The notes: generated from the sequence alone by a model not told the origin. 64,000 bases of DNA from Isosphaeraceae bacterium (GCA_965201075.1 CBDAVP010000017.1:1-64000), one strand, 5' to 3'; positions 29,301 to 40,254 are shown, numbered from the stretch's first letter. A program made the numbers and translations.

Positions 29301-29753
29301 TCAACCCGACAGATTGTCGAAGTCTCGGACGCGGAGCGGTGGGGGGAAGTCAGGAGTTGGAGGGTTCATTTCGCGATGGTGTGCGGGTGGTGGGTCGAGC
29401 CCGTCGTTCAAGATTTGGTGGGTGAGGATCTGGTAACTGTTTGGGTCCAGGCAGGTCGCTGGAGGTCGCGGTTCAAGGAGAGCCGTTTGAGATGTGTCTT
29501 GGATCGGGCGATCGTGCAAGAGTTGGACAATCTGTCGTCGGTGGGAGCGTTCCTGAAAAGTCCAGACGCTGATAACCAACGGAAGGGTGACGGATACCAT
29601 CAACAACGTGCGTAAGCGAACTTCCCGGAGGGCGGATCGCCGACCCGCTTCATAAAGCACGGCGTTCTTGCCAACGGGATTCGCGGGAATCCACGAGGCG
29701 AGTTGGTGCTCAATGCTGGAGAGATCGTCGTGGGGTTGAGAGGGCGGGTTCAT
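29301..29753 (-). CDS. Putative membrane anti-sigma factor
   Basis: ATGA-coupled to the ECF; IEHQLASWIP....VLYEAGRR followed by one TM helix. Confidence 0.7.
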   Translation of the reverse strand: MNPPSQPHDDLSSIEHQLASWIPANPVGKNAVLYEAGRRSALREVRLRTLLMVSVTLPLVISVWTFQERSHRRQIVQLLHDRPIQDTSQTALLEPRPPATCLDPNSYQILTHQILNDGLDPPPAHHREMNPPTPDFPPPLRVRDFDNLSG

Positions 29754-30223
29754 CGGCGAAGCCTCTCGTGGAGTAGGGCGAGGCCGGTTTGGTAGCGTCG
29801 GTGGGCGGTGGTGAGGGAGCAGCCCTGGAGTTGGGCGATTTCCTCGAACGTCACGTTTCCCCAGATGCGGGCGACGCTGGCCTCTCGATGGTCGGGGGGG
29901 AGTTCCGTCAGCAGGGCGGCGGCGGATTGGGCGTCGAGGGAGTCGTCATTGGTGACGAACCATGGGGTGCCGTCGTGGGCGGCGTGGGTTTCGTGGGTGC
30001 GCCTGCGCTTCGAGCGGCGGGCGGCCGTGAGGGCGGCGTTTCGGGCCACCCGGAAGAGCCAGGCGGCGGGCCGGGTGGGTGCCGAACTCTGGCGGGCCAG
30101 GGCGGAGAAGGCTTCTTGGACGATGTCCTCGGGGCTGGTTGACCACTGGCGGGCGTAGAGGGTCAATGCCGGGGCGTGGTGATCGAAGATTTGGCCGAGT
30201 TCCTCGGGCCCGATCGTCGCCAT
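29750..30223 (-). CDS. ECF RNA polymerase sigma factor
   Basis: LYARQW..PEDIVQEAF, AWLFRVARN, LP...RE....RIW...TFEEIA.L.GCS..TAHRRY. Confidence 0.92.
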   Translation of the reverse strand: MATIGPEELGQIFDHHAPALTLYARQWSTSPEDIVQEAFSALARQSSAPTRPAAWLFRVARNAALTAARRSKRRRTHETHAAHDGTPWFVTNDDSLDAQSAAALLTELPPDHREASVARIWGNVTFEEIAQLQGCSLTTAHRRYQTGLALLHERLRR

Positions 30224-30466
30224 CCGCCCCCCTACCCTGCTCGCCAGTCCTGTAGACCCTCGCCTTCCCTTTGATGACGCCGCGGAGGGAGCGGTTTTCC
30301 ACTCCGAGAATCCAAGACCAGCGAGTCCTGGCGTCGCGGTCAAGTTTTTCGAGTGGGGCGATTCGGGGTTAGGACAGGTCGGGCGGTCGACGAACTCATC
30401 TAACTCAACCCCAACCACAAGAGAGGTTGGGGGCGATGGGATGGGAGGTCACTGGTTGTTCCGTAA

Positions 30467-30745
30467 TCAAGCCGGGTCAGGCAGGGATGGGGGAGCTTCG
30501 GCCGGGAGTCGGGTCAACAACGCTTCTAGACCACCGTTACCGAAATCCAGCAGGTACCAGGACTTGCAGGAATCGCAGGTACCCAGCATACGATCGGGGA
30601 GGTCGGGGTCGGGTTGGTGAAAGTCGAGTGGGCTTTCGCATCCAAGACATTGAATATCAGAGAGGCGCTCGGAGGCGGGAAACGAAGCGGTATCCAAGAC
30701 CACGGGGATCGAACCGCGTCGAACCTTGGAACGAGGGGCGGCCAT
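30467..30745 (-). CDS. Small Cys-motif (zinc-ribbon-like) hypothetical protein
   Basis: CLGC...HQPD...P.RMLGTCDSC..W; GGAGG RBS. Confidence 0.65.
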   Translation of the reverse strand: MAAPRSKVRRGSIPVVLDTASFPASERLSDIQCLGCESPLDFHQPDPDLPDRMLGTCDSCKSWYLLDFGNGGLEALLTRLPAEAPPSLPDPA

Positions 30746-30869
30746 GTGCGTGCCCTCCGCGGGAGCGAGGCGGATCCATTGAAGAGCGCTCGATCATCCG
30801 ATCGCGGAATCAAGCACTCAGCAGGGATATGCGAATGGGATGCCGGACTCCGTGACGGCGTGCAGGAAA

Positions 30870-31337
30870 TCACGGAGAATCGGAATGCGGGTGAGCTAGG
30901 GATTGGTGAGGAGGGGAGGCGTTGCATTCTCGCTCGATGCGGGCGCGCATCAGGTCGAGTTCGTCGCCGGCATAGCGGGCGTGGGGCCAGGGCCAGTGGA
31001 CGGCGTCGCCGGGGTGGCGGGGGATGACGTGCCAGTGGACGTGGTCGATTGTCTGGCCGGCGGTTCGCCCGTGGTTGACGACGATGTTGAGGGCCTCGGC
31101 GCCGGTGGCGGCGCGAACGGCCCGGCAAAGGCGGGGCAGGAGCGAGCCGGCGTGGGCGGCGAGGTCGTCGGGGACGTCGGAGAGGGTGGGGTGATGGTCT
31201 CGGGGGACGAGCAGGACGTGGCCGGGGTTGACCGGTTGGATGTCGAGGAAGGCGATGACGCGGACGTCCTGGAAGACTTGCGCGGCGGGCAGCGAGCCCC
31301 GGAGGATCTTGCAGAAGAGGCAGTCGACGGAGGGCAA
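30870..31337 (-). CDS. HIT family nucleotide hydrolase
   Basis: DCLFCKI, AFLDIQP..PGHVLLVP, GQTIDHVHWHVIPR; GGAGG before the TTG start. Confidence 0.93.
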   Translation of the reverse strand: MPSVDCLFCKILRGSLPAAQVFQDVRVIAFLDIQPVNPGHVLLVPRDHHPTLSDVPDDLAAHAGSLLPRLCRAVRAATGAEALNIVVNHGRTAGQTIDHVHWHVIPRHPGDAVHWPWPHARYAGDELDLMRARIERECNASPPHQSLAHPHSDSP

Positions 31338-31452
31338 GGCCGTGTCCTCCGAGACGGAAGGGCCAGGGACCGAGGCGGAGAAGCGGAAAGGCCTCCCCCC
31401 CGGTGATCGTTCGGGAGGGATTTCGCCGCGGGCTCCCGACGTCGGAATCGGA

Positions 31453-31872
31453 TCAGGTGTGCGCGACGGAGGGCACGACGTCGGGGCGGGGGGTTGCCTT
31501 GACCTGCTCGTCTTCGCCGAGGAGGGCGATGATGGCCATTGGCGCGGCGTCGCCCTGGCGGACGTGGGCAAGCTTGTAGATGCGGGTGTAGCCGCCGGTG
31601 CGGCCCTGGAAGCGGGGGCCGATCTCCTTGAAGAGGTCGAACGCGACCTTCTTGCTGGTGAGGACGGCCAGGGCCCGGCGGAAGTTGTTGAGGTTCCAGC
31701 CGTCCTTGGCCAGGGTGATGAGCTTCTCGGCGAAGGGCTGAAGCTCCTTGGCCTTGGCCTGGGTGGTCTGGATGCGACCGTGCTCAAAGAGCGCCGTGGC
31801 GAGGTTTCGCAGGAGCATCCGTCGATGAGAGGGAGACCGCTTGAATTTGCGGCCGGCTTTGCGGTGACGCAT
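31453..31872 (-). CDS. rplQ: 50S ribosomal protein L17
   Basis: MRHRKAGRK, GGYTRI, GDAAPMA. Confidence 0.99.
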   Translation of the reverse strand: MRHRKAGRKFKRSPSHRRMLLRNLATALFEHGRIQTTQAKAKELQPFAEKLITLAKDGWNLNNFRRALAVLTSKKVAFDLFKEIGPRFQGRTGGYTRIYKLAHVRQGDAAPMAIIALLGEDEQVKATPRPDVVPSVAHT

Positions 31873-31945
31873 CTTGGGAGTTCCGAGTGCTGAGTTTCGA
31901 GTGCGGGGCGCGGAGTTTCGTGTCGAGAGCGGGCGGGCAGGGGTA

Positions 31946-32941
31946 TCAGCCCCGAGCAGCGCCGTCCAGGCCGAGGTCGAGGCCGATCTCCTGAAGCTTG
32001 GCCTTGACTTCCTTGAGGGTCGTCTCGCCGAAGTTGCGGACCGTCAGGAGCTGGTCCTCGGAGCGGCTAACGAGGTCTCGAACGGTGGTGATGCCTTCGC
32101 TCTCCAGGCAGTTGGTGGCCCGGACGGAGAGTTCTAGCTCGGCGAGACTCATGCCGAGTTTGCGCTCGAGCTCGGCGTCGAGGGGCTGGTGGTGGAGGCC
32201 GTCGGCGGCTCCACCGTCGGCGGGGAGGCCGGGGCCGGGCTCGTAGTACTGGACGAAGGGATTAAGGTGTTTGCGAAGGATCTTGGCGGCCTCGACGACG
32301 GCCATCTCGGGCCCGAGGGTGCCGGTGGTCCAGAGGCGGAGGATGAGTTTGTCGTAGTTGGTGCGCTGGCCGACTCGGGTGTTGTCAACCTTGTACTCGA
32401 CGCGGATGACGGGGCTGAAGATGGCGTCGATGGGGATGGCGCCGACTTCGAGGTCGTCGGTGTGACCCTCGGCGGCGGGGCGGTAGCCTCGGCCATTCTC
32501 GACGGTCATCTCGACGTGGAAGGGGACGTCGTCGGTGAGGGTGCAGAGAATGTGATCGGGGTTAATGACCTCGACCGACTCGTCGTGGAGGATGTCGGCG
32601 GCGGTGACGACGCCTCGGCGGTCGCGCTCGATACGGATCGTGCGGTTCTGGTCGGAGTGGTTCTTGACGACCAGGCCCTTGAGGTTGAGGACCAGGTCGG
32701 TGATGTCCTCGACCATCCCGGGGATAGAGGAGAATTCGTGCTGGACCCCGCGGATCTTGATGCGGGTGACGGAGCTTCCCTCCAGACTGGACAGGAGGAT
32801 GCGCCGCAGGCTGTTGCCGACGGTGTGGCCGAATCCACGTTCAAAGGGCTCAACGTGGAACTCGCCGAAGGTGTCGGTGAGCTTTTCCCGGTTGCAAATG
32901 ACTCGGCTGGGCAGTTCCAGGCCACGCCAACGGATGCGCAT
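31946..32941 (-). CDS. rpoA: RNA polymerase alpha subunit
   Basis: [33 protein letters not shown]. Confidence 0.99.
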   Translation of the reverse strand: MRIRWRGLELPSRVICNREKLTDTFGEFHVEPFERGFGHTVGNSLRRILLSSLEGSSVTRIKIRGVQHEFSSIPGMVEDITDLVLNLKGLVVKNHSDQNRTIRIERDRRGVVTAADILHDESVEVINPDHILCTLTDDVPFHVEMTVENGRGYRPAAEGHTDDLEVGAIPIDAIFSPVIRVEYKVDNTRVGQRTNYDKLILRLWTTGTLGPEMAVVEAAKILRKHLNPFVQYYEPGPGLPADGGAADGLHHQPLDAELERKLGMSLAELELSVRATNCLESEGITTVRDLVSRSEDQLLTVRNFGETTLKEVKAKLQEIGLDLGLDGAARG

Positions 32942-33014
32942 CGCGCGAAGTCTCCAAATACGGGCGTCAGTCCGGGGCCGGAGCGTGTGCCGCCGGCCTC
33001 GGGTTGCCTGGTTC

Positions 33015-33644
33015 TCAGCGGCTCAGAAGTTCGATGATCAGTTGCGGGGTGACCGGAAGGGAGATGTCCTGGACGGCCGGGAGGCGGGCGACTCGGCCTT
33101 CGGGGGGGTCGGCGCTGATGCGGTCGAGCCATTCCGGGACCGGGGGCTGACCGCCCATCTCGAGGTTCGCGGCGGCGAGCTTGAGGGAGTGCTCGCGATC
33201 CTTGATCTGGATGGAGTCGCCGGGCCTGACCAGGTAGCTGGGGATGTCGAGCTTGCGGCCATTGACGGTGATGTGGCCGTGAGTGATGATCTGCCGGGCC
33301 TGGGGGCGGCTGGCGGCGAAGCCCAGGCGGGTAATGACGTTGTCGAGGCGTCGTTCCAGCAGCGCCATGAGGGCGTCGCCCGTGTTGCCGGGGCGACGGG
33401 CGGCCAGGGCATAGTACTTGCGGAACTGGCGCTCGAAGACGCCGTAGTAGCGCTTGACCTTCTGCTTTTCTCGCAAGCGGATCGAGTACTCGCTGGGCTT
33501 GCTCCGGCGGAATTGGTGCATGCCGGGAACCCCTTCGCGGCGCTCGACGGCGCACTTGGGGGTGTCGCACCGGGTCCCCTTCAAGAACAGCTTCAGGCCC
33601 TCTCGGCGGCAAAGCCGGCAGACCGGTCCAATGTGGCGTCCCAT
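33015..33644 (-). CDS. rpsD: 30S ribosomal protein S4 (Zn-type)
   Basis: [21 protein letters not shown]. Confidence 0.99.
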   Translation of the reverse strand: MGRHIGPVCRLCRREGLKLFLKGTRCDTPKCAVERREGVPGMHQFRRSKPSEYSIRLREKQKVKRYYGVFERQFRKYYALAARRPGNTGDALMALLERRLDNVITRLGFAASRPQARQIITHGHITVNGRKLDIPSYLVRPGDSIQIKDREHSLKLAAANLEMGGQPPVPEWLDRISADPPEGRVARLPAVQDISLPVTPQLIIELLSR

Positions 33645-33719
33645 GGCGTTGGGCGAATCCTCTGTGAGCGAATGTAGGGGGTCGAGGCCTGACGAGTTCG
33701 TTGGGGTGGAGCTTGGGGC

Positions 33720-34100
33720 TTAAACGCGGCGCTTCTTGGGGGGACGGCAGCCGTTGTGGGGCAGCGGGGTGACGTCCTCGATGGCCTTGATGGCGAGACC
33801 GGAGGCTTGCAGGGCGGTGATGGCGCTTTCGCGACCGGAGCCGGGCCCCTTGACCTTGACCTCGACCTCCTTAACGCCGAACTTGGTCGCGGTGGCGGCG
33901 GCGGTCTCGGCGGCTCGCTGGGCGGCGAATGGGGTGCTTTTGCGGCTGCCCTTGAAACCGACGGTGCCGGAGGAGGCCCAGCAAAGGGCGTCGCCATTGG
34001 GGTCGGTGATGGTGACGGTGGTGTTGTTGAACGTCGCCTTGATGTGGACGACCGCCCGGCTGACGTTGCGTCGAGTCTTGCGTTTCTTGGCCTTGGCCAC
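33720..34100 (-). CDS. rpsK: 30S ribosomal protein S11
   Basis: [20 protein letters not shown]. Confidence 0.99.
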   Translation of the reverse strand: MAKAKKRKTRRNVSRAVVHIKATFNNTTVTITDPNGDALCWASSGTVGFKGSRKSTPFAAQRAAETAAATATKFGVKEVEVKVKGPGSGRESAITALQASGLAIKAIEDVTPLPHNGCRPPKKRRV

Positions 34101-34251
34101 GGGTCCGCTGCTCCCTGGTGGGCCAGCGCGCCGTCGCGGCTGGCGTCAAACGATCGATGAGGACGAGGAAGACGATGCGACCGGCCCGGAGGCCGGTCGC
34201 GAGGATCAACACGACGACAGATGGGGGACGCCACGGGGCCGGGACGTGGCC

Positions 34252-34635
34252 TCAGCGCATGTCCTTGACGCTCTTCTTACCGGCGACGGTCTTGCGGGGG
34301 CCCTTGCGAGTCCGGGCGTTGGTGCGGGTGCGCTGGCCGTGGACGGGCAGTCCCTTGCGGTGACGCAAGCCTCGGTAGCAGCCGATATCGCGGAGCCGGC
34401 CGATGGCCTGCTGGATCTGACGGTGAAGCTGGCCCTCCACGACATATTCATTGTCGAGGAGGGTGGTCAGCTTGGCCAGTTCGTCTTCGGAAAGGTCGCG
34501 GGCCCGCTTGTCGGGGCTGATGCCCGAGCGGTCGCAGAGTTGCTGGGCGAGGTAGGGCCCGATCCCGTAGATGTAGCGCAGGGCGATGACGATGCGCTTG
34601 TCGTTGGGGATATCGACGCCGAGGATACGAGGCAT
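34252..34635 (-). CDS. rpsM: 30S ribosomal protein S13
   Basis: [24 protein letters not shown]. Confidence 0.99.
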   Translation of the reverse strand: MPRILGVDIPNDKRIVIALRYIYGIGPYLAQQLCDRSGISPDKRARDLSEDELAKLTTLLDNEYVVEGQLHRQIQQAIGRLRDIGCYRGLRHRKGLPVHGQRTRTNARTRKGPRKTVAGKKSVKDMR

Positions 34636-34691
34636 CCTGTGCTAATCTCCGTGCGAGGGGCGCCGGGGTCCGGGCCCACCTGGGGGCTGAT

Positions 34692-34805
34692 TTAGCCTTG
34701 CCGCTGCTTGTGGCGGGGGTTTTCGCAGATGATGTACACCTTGCCCCGGCGGCGCACGACCTTGCAGTGTTCGCAGATGCGCTTGACGCTGGCTCGGATC
34801 TTCAT
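34692..34805 (-). CDS. rpmJ: 50S ribosomal protein L36 (Zn-type)
   Basis: [37 protein letters not shown]. Confidence 0.98.
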   Translation of the reverse strand: MKIRASVKRICEHCKVVRRRGKVYIICENPRHKQRQG

Positions 34806-34892
34806 CGTTTCGCTTCGATCCATCCCCGACCCTTTCGGCCCGGGGAAAAGGTTGTCGAGCCCCCCGGGCTGGTCCGGGGGACGAATTGGGCC

Positions 34893-34922
34893 AATATACT
34901 CAGGGGTGATGCCCCCACGCAA
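34893..34922 (-). promoter_or_regulatory. Putative sigma70 promoter for the rpmJ-alpha operon
   Basis: TTGCGT-N18-TATATT on the minus strand. Confidence 0.5.
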
Positions 34923-34964
34923 GGGACTGTCGTGGATTTCCTTGGTTGGTAAGTCGAGACGGGG

Positions 34965-35750
34965 TCAATCCTCCAGGTAGGTGAGGACCTTGGGCCCTTG
35001 GGGAGTCATGGCGACGGTGTGCTCGAAGTGGGCGCTGGCGCGACGGTCCTTGGTTTCGACGGTCCAGTCGTCGGCGAGGAGACGGACCTCCTTGGTGCCG
35101 AGGGAGACCATTGGCTCGACGGCTAGGACGAGGCCGGGCTCGAGCATGATGTCGTTCTTGCGGAGGGCCTTGCTGACAAAGTTGGGGACCTGGGGGTCTT
35201 CGTGGAGCGACTGGCCGATGCCGTGACCGACGAACTTCTCGATGACGTAAAGTCCCTGGCTTTTGACGAAGCGTTCCATCAAAGAGGCCACCTCGGACCA
35301 GGTCCGGCAGCGAGCCATGGCGCGAACGGCGAGGTCGAGGACGTCCTTGGTGACGTTGAGGAGACGGGTGACCTCGGGGCGAACGACGCCGATGGGGAGC
35401 GTGAGGGCGGCGTCTCCGCACCAGCCGTTGACCCGGCAGCCGGTGTCGACGGAGAGGATGTCGCCGTCGCGGAGGGTGCGGCGGCGGTTGGGGATGCCGT
35501 GGACGACCTGCTCGTTGATGCTGGCGCAGATGACCCCCGGGAACGGGGGCTTGCCCTTGGTGGGGTTGGGATAGTTGAGGAACAGCGGAGTGGCGTCGTG
35601 GGCGCGGAAGATGGCCGCGACGGCTTCGTCGAGATCGGCGGTGGTGACTCCAGGGACGGCGAGGCGCCGGACTTCGTCCAGCGCCTTCGCGACGACCCGC
35701 CCAGCCTCGCGCATCAGGCCGATTTCGCGGGCACTCTTGAGCTTGATCAC
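34965..35750 (-). CDS. map: Methionine aminopeptidase type I
   Basis: CASINEQVVHGIP, GD, GHGIG..LHEDP, EPM, SAHFEHT. Confidence 0.98.
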   Translation of the reverse strand: MIKLKSAREIGLMREAGRVVAKALDEVRRLAVPGVTTADLDEAVAAIFRAHDATPLFLNYPNPTKGKPPFPGVICASINEQVVHGIPNRRRTLRDGDILSVDTGCRVNGWCGDAALTLPIGVVRPEVTRLLNVTKDVLDLAVRAMARCRTWSEVASLMERFVKSQGLYVIEKFVGHGIGQSLHEDPQVPNFVSKALRKNDIMLEPGLVLAVEPMVSLGTKEVRLLADDWTVETKDRRASAHFEHTVAMTPQGPKVLTYLED

Positions 35751-35825
35751 GGCGTCCCCGACGTTGCGAATTCCAAAGGAGGTGGGCCGGGACGGGTCGC
35801 GGATCGATCGACCCGTCCCGGTCGG

Positions 35826-37199
35826 TCAACGCTTGCTCATCAAGCCGCTGTAGTTCCGCATGATGAGGTGGCTATCGATTTTTTGAACCAGATCGAGGCA
35901 GACGCTGATGACGATCAGCAGCCCGGTGCCGCCGAGGAAGGCGGAGATGGTCGGGTCGACGCCGAGGCTGGTCTGCACGACGGTGGGGATCACGGCGACT
36001 AAGCTGAGGAACGCGGCGCCGACGTAGGTGATCCGCAGCATGACCTTCTCAAGGTAATCGGCGGTTCGCCGGCCGGGTCGGTAGCCGGGGATGAAGCTGC
36101 CGTAGTCCTTGAGGTTGTCGGCCATGTCCTTGGGGTTGAAGGTGATGGCCGTCCAGAAATAGCAGAAGAAGTAGATCAGGGCGATGTAGAAGATGGTGTA
36201 AACGAACTCTTGCTTCTGGAAGGCGTTGGCCCCCTCGTCAAAGAGCCAGTAGAGAGCGGCCTTCCAGCCATGCTCATTTTGCCAGGAGGTGGTCGAGCGG
36301 TGGAAGAAATTCAGAATGAAGTAGGGGAACATCAGAAGGCTGGATGCGAAGATGATCGGCATGACGCCGGCCTGGTTGACCTTCAAGGGGAGGTACTGGC
36401 GGGCGCCTCCGTAGACCCGCCGGCCGCGGACGTGCTTGGCCGACTGGGTGGGGATGCGCCTCTGGCTCTCCGTGATGGCGATGACGCCGACGACGACCGC
36501 CGCGAACAGGGCGGCGAGGATGACGATCGTCACCGGGGTGTAGGGGGTGTCGATCGAGGCCCCGAGCGACGAGGTCGTCTTGGAGTAGAGGTTGAACAGG
36601 GCGTTGGGCATCCGGGCGAGGATACCGGCCATGATGAGAAGGCTGATGCCGTTGCCGATGCCGTACTCGTCAATCTGCTCGCCAATCCACATCAAGAAAA
36701 TCGTGCCGGCGGTCATGATGAGAACGCAGACCAGGCCATGCCAGAAGCCGCGGAACTCGACCGGGACGACGTCCATGCTGTACATCATATAATTGACCCA
36801 CATCGCGCTTTGGCCCAAACAGAGGAGGACCGTGGCGTAGCGGGTGTATTCGTTGATCTTCTTGCGCCCGGACTCGCCTTCCTTCATCATCGCTTCAAGG
36901 GAGGGGACCACGGTTCCCAGGAGCTGGAAGATGATGGAGGCGGAGATGTAGGGCATGATGCCCAGGCCGAAGATGGTGCTCATGCCGACCTGCGTGCCGC
37001 CGAACATGGCCGCGGTGTTGAAGAGTTTGCCCAGGCCGCCACCGGCGGAGAGACTGCGCCACTCGGCCAGTTGGTGCTGGTCGACGATCGGCAGCGGGAT
37101 ATAGAAGCCGATCCGGTAGATGGCCAGGAACATGGCCGTCATGAGGATCTTGCGCTGCAGCTCGGGGACCTTGAATAGGATCGTGATAAGCTTCTGCAC
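35826..37199 (-). CDS. secY: Preprotein translocase SecY
   Basis: LGIMPYISASII, GIGNGISL, GVMPIIFAS, IPGYRPG, GGTGLLI. Confidence 0.99.
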   Translation of the reverse strand: MQKLITILFKVPELQRKILMTAMFLAIYRIGFYIPLPIVDQHQLAEWRSLSAGGGLGKLFNTAAMFGGTQVGMSTIFGLGIMPYISASIIFQLLGTVVPSLEAMMKEGESGRKKINEYTRYATVLLCLGQSAMWVNYMMYSMDVVPVEFRGFWHGLVCVLIMTAGTIFLMWIGEQIDEYGIGNGISLLIMAGILARMPNALFNLYSKTTSSLGASIDTPYTPVTIVILAALFAAVVVGVIAITESQRRIPTQSAKHVRGRRVYGGARQYLPLKVNQAGVMPIIFASSLLMFPYFILNFFHRSTTSWQNEHGWKAALYWLFDEGANAFQKQEFVYTIFYIALIYFFCYFWTAITFNPKDMADNLKDYGSFIPGYRPGRRTADYLEKVMLRITYVGAAFLSLVAVIPTVVQTSLGVDPTISAFLGGTGLLIVISVCLDLVQKIDSHLIMRNYSGLMSKR

Positions 37200-37363
37200 G
37201 GCTGAGGCGTCTCCGTCGCGGAGGAGTGAGCGATGAGCGGGCGTGCGTGGGGGGTTGAATCCCGTCGAGGATCAAGGGGACGGGCCGAGGGCCGGATCTC
37301 GTGTTCGGGCGGTCGCCCCCCCTGCCCGCTTGCCGACGCAGTCAGGGCCGCGGGGCCGTGGCT

Positions 37364-37813
37364 TCAAACGACCTCGGCGGTGCCCCCGGCGGCGGCGATC
37401 TTGGCGGCGGCGCCTTCGGTGAACTTGGTGGCGCGAACGGTCAGAGCGGTCTTCAACTCACCATCGCCCAGGATCTTGAGGCCGTCGTCGTGACGACCCT
37501 TGACCAGGCCCACGGCGCGTAGAGCGGCCTCGTCGACGATCGAGCCGGCAGGGAATTTGCCTTCGAGGGCCTCGACGTTGAGGGTCGCGTAGTCCTTGCG
37601 GAACGGCCCGTTGACGAACCCTCGCTTGGGGACTCGGCGGGCCAGGGGCATCTGGCCACCCTCGGAGATGGGATTCTGCTTGAACCCCTGGCGAGAGGAG
37701 TGCCCCTTGTGCCCCTTGCTGGAAGTCTTGCCGTGGCCCGAGCCGGGGCCTCGGCCGACGCGCTTGCGCTGCTTGTTCTTGTGGATGCCCTGGTGGACGT
37801 CGTGCAGTTGCAT
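37364..37813 (-). CDS. rplO: 50S ribosomal protein L15
   Basis: RVGRGPGSGHGKT, EGGQMPL.RRVPKRGF; TAATG overlap with rpsE. Confidence 0.98.
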   Translation of the reverse strand: MQLHDVHQGIHKNKQRKRVGRGPGSGHGKTSSKGHKGHSSRQGFKQNPISEGGQMPLARRVPKRGFVNGPFRKDYATLNVEALEGKFPAGSIVDEAALRAVGLVKGRHDDGLKILGDGELKTALTVRATKFTEGAAAKIAAAGGTAEVV

Positions 37814-38307
37814 TAGAGGGTCACTCCTCGCAGGCGGGCGACCTCGTCCTTCGTGCGCAGCTGCTTCAGCGCATCGATGGCGGCCTTGACGATGTTGAGT
37901 TTGTTGGTGGAGCCGTAGCTCTTGGTGAGAATGTCGGTGATGCCGGCGGCCTGAACCACGGCGCGAACGGCTCCTCCGGCGATGACCCCGGTGCCGGGGC
38001 TGGCCGGCAGCATGATGACGCGGGCGGCTCCGAAACGGCCAATGACCCGGTGGGGGATCGTGCCGCCGCGGAGGTTGACGCGGTTCATCTGCTTCTGGGC
38101 ATCCTTGACGCCCTTTTCGACAGAGGGGGGAACTTCGTTGGCCTTGCCGTAGCCCCAGGCCACGCTGCCCCGGCCGTTGCCGACGACCACCAAGGCGTTG
38201 AAGCTGAAGCGGCGGCCACCCTTGACCACCGCGGCGCAACGACGGATGGTCACGACGCTTTCGCTCCACTCCCCGCCGCGGTCACGATCCCGATTGTCGC
38301 TGGACAC
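37813..38307 (-). CDS. rpsE: 30S ribosomal protein S5
   Basis: [26 protein letters not shown]. Confidence 0.99.
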   Translation of the reverse strand: MSSDNRDRDRGGEWSESVVTIRRCAAVVKGGRRFSFNALVVVGNGRGSVAWGYGKANEVPPSVEKGVKDAQKQMNRVNLRGGTIPHRVIGRFGAARVIMLPASPGTGVIAGGAVRAVVQAAGITDILTKSYGSTNKLNIVKAAIDALKQLRTKDEVARLRGVTL

Positions 38308-38399
38308 GTTTGGAAGCCCTGATTTTGGGAGTAGCGAGTCGCGAGTCGTGAGTAGCGAGAAAGGAAGGTCGACTTCCTCGGCTCGCGACTCCCACGAGA

Positions 38400-38768
38400 T
38401 TAGAACTTGAGGCCGGCCTCTCGGGCGGCGTCGGCCAGGGCCTGGACCCGGCCATGATATTTATAACTTCGGCGGTCGAAGCAGACCTTGTCAATACCGG
38501 CCTGCTTGGCGCGCTCAGCGACCGCCTTGCCGACCAACGACGCGGCGGCCTTGTTGCCGCCGTAAGCCTGTTGACCCTTGATGTCGGCCTCGACGGTGCT
38601 GGCCGAGGCGAGGGTGCGGCCGTCGACGTCGTCGATGACCTGGGCATAGATATGCTTCGAGGAGCGGAAGACGGCCAGTCGGGGACGGGAGGAGGTCCCG
38701 GTCAGCCGGTTGCGGACGCGTCGCTGGCGGCGGACACGGCGGGCTTCGATGATTTCGCGTTGACTCAC
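38400..38768 (-). CDS. rplR: 50S ribosomal protein L18
   Basis: [19 protein letters not shown]. Confidence 0.99.
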   Translation of the reverse strand: MSQREIIEARRVRRQRRVRNRLTGTSSRPRLAVFRSSKHIYAQVIDDVDGRTLASASTVEADIKGQQAYGGNKAAASLVGKAVAERAKQAGIDKVCFDRRSYKYHGRVQALADAAREAGLKF

Positions 38769-38861
38769 GGGGCGATCCTTTCCGCGGAGGCCTTTGAGGG
38801 GCGGCCGATGCCGGCCGGCCGCCCGGGCCGAGGGTCATGGATTGGGGGCGGTTGACTTCAG

Positions 38862-39413
38862 TTACTTCGAGCCGAAGGCCTTGCCAGCCTTGCGGCGGAC
38901 GGTCTCGCCCTCGTAGCGGATGCCCTTGCCCTTGTAAGGCTCGGGAGGACGGGACATGCGGACCTCGGCGGCGAACTGGCCGACGGCCTGCTTGTCGGGG
39001 CCGCTGATGACGATGTGGGTCGGGTCGGGGACCGTGACCTTCACGCCGGTCGGCGCCTTGAGGACGATCTGGTTGGCGAACCCGACCTGGAGCGCCACGG
39101 TGTCGGCGCCTCGGAGTTGGGCCTGATAGCCGACGCCCTGGATTTCCAGACGCTTGGAGTAGCCAGCGGTGACGCCCTGCACCATGTTGGCGATGAGGCT
39201 GCGGGTCAGGCCGTGGAGGGCCCGTCGCTCACGCTCGTCGTCGGCGCGGGTGACGAGGACCTGCTTGGCGGCCTCGTCGTAGCGGACGTCGATCCCCTCC
39301 CGGTAGGTGAAAACGAGCTTGCCGTTGGGGCCTTCCACGCGGACGGTGGAATCGGCGACGGCGATCTGGACGTTGGCCGGGACGGGGACGGGCTTGCGGC
39401 CGATTCGGGACAT
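38862..39413 (-). CDS. rplF: 50S ribosomal protein L6
   Basis: MSRIGRKPV, PEPYKGKGIRY. Confidence 0.99.
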   Translation of the reverse strand: MSRIGRKPVPVPANVQIAVADSTVRVEGPNGKLVFTYREGIDVRYDEAAKQVLVTRADDERERRALHGLTRSLIANMVQGVTAGYSKRLEIQGVGYQAQLRGADTVALQVGFANQIVLKAPTGVKVTVPDPTHIVISGPDKQAVGQFAAEVRMSRPPEPYKGKGIRYEGETVRRKAGKAFGSK

Positions 39414-39559
39414 GGGACCAGTTTCCTGAGCTTGAGAGGGTTTCGGCCCCCGACGCGATCGGCCGGGGGGTCGACCCGCGCGAGCGTTCGTCGCGCGAGC
39501 GTTCGTCGCGCGATCGCCCAGCCGAGGGGCCGGGCGTGAGCTTTCGCGGTGTTCTGATC

Positions 39560-39955
39560 TTAGTGGATCAGGGCGAGAACCTCGCCGCCAACCTTCTGGG
39601 CGCGGGCCTGGCGGTCGCTGAGGATGCCCAGGGGGGTGCTGAGGATCTGGATTCCCATCCCGCCGAGAACAGGCTTGAGGTCTTTATATCCCCGATAGCG
39701 ACGGCAGCCCGGCTTGCTGACGCGGTCGATCTTGGTAATGAGCCGCTCGCCGTTGGGGCCGTACTTCAGTTGGAGGCGGAGAGTGCGGGCCGGAGTGGTC
39801 TCGATCTCGTCGTGGTCCCAGATGTAGCCTTCTTCCTTGAGCACGCGAGCGATGCCGCGGCGGACCTTGGAGAAGGGCATCTCAACGGTGGGCTTCTCAA
39901 TCCGCGTGGCGTTGCGGATGCGGGTGAGCATGTCGGCGATCGGGTCGGTCATCAT
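39560..39955 (-). CDS. rpsH: 30S ribosomal protein S8
   Basis: TDPIADMLTRIRNA, SKPG.R.Y, GGEVL. Confidence 0.99.
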   Translation of the reverse strand: MMTDPIADMLTRIRNATRIEKPTVEMPFSKVRRGIARVLKEEGYIWDHDEIETTPARTLRLQLKYGPNGERLITKIDRVSKPGCRRYRGYKDLKPVLGGMGIQILSTPLGILSDRQARAQKVGGEVLALIH

Positions 39956-40068
39956 GGCGATTCGGTCCGTCAACCGCCACGGGTAACGTGCCGGGCCTGG
40001 ATGTCAGGCATTGAGGCAGTCGGCGCGGCGGGCAAATGCGGTCGGGACGGGGACGGTTCAGGAGCGGT

Positions 40069-40254
40069 TTACCAACTGGCCTTTTTGACGCCGGGGATCA
40101 TCCCCTTGAGGGCCAGGGTGCGGAAGCAGATGCGGCAGATGCCGAACTTGCGATAGACGGCTCGGGGACGCCCGCAGAGTTTGCAGCGGTTGCGGTGCTG
40201 GACCGCGAACTTGCGCGGGGTCTGAGACCTGATCATCTGGGCTTTGGTCGACAT
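40069..40254 (-). CDS. rpsN: 30S ribosomal protein S14, type Z
   Basis: [29 protein letters not shown]. Confidence 0.98.
   Translation of the reverse strand: MSTKAQMIRSQTPRKFAVQHRNRCKLCGRPRAVYRKFGICRICFRTLALKGMIPGVKKASW

Noticed and set aside
37814..38269. Apparent 301-aa extended L15
   Set aside because: The upstream half is an alternative frame of rpsE; real rplO starts at the TAATG overlap at 37813
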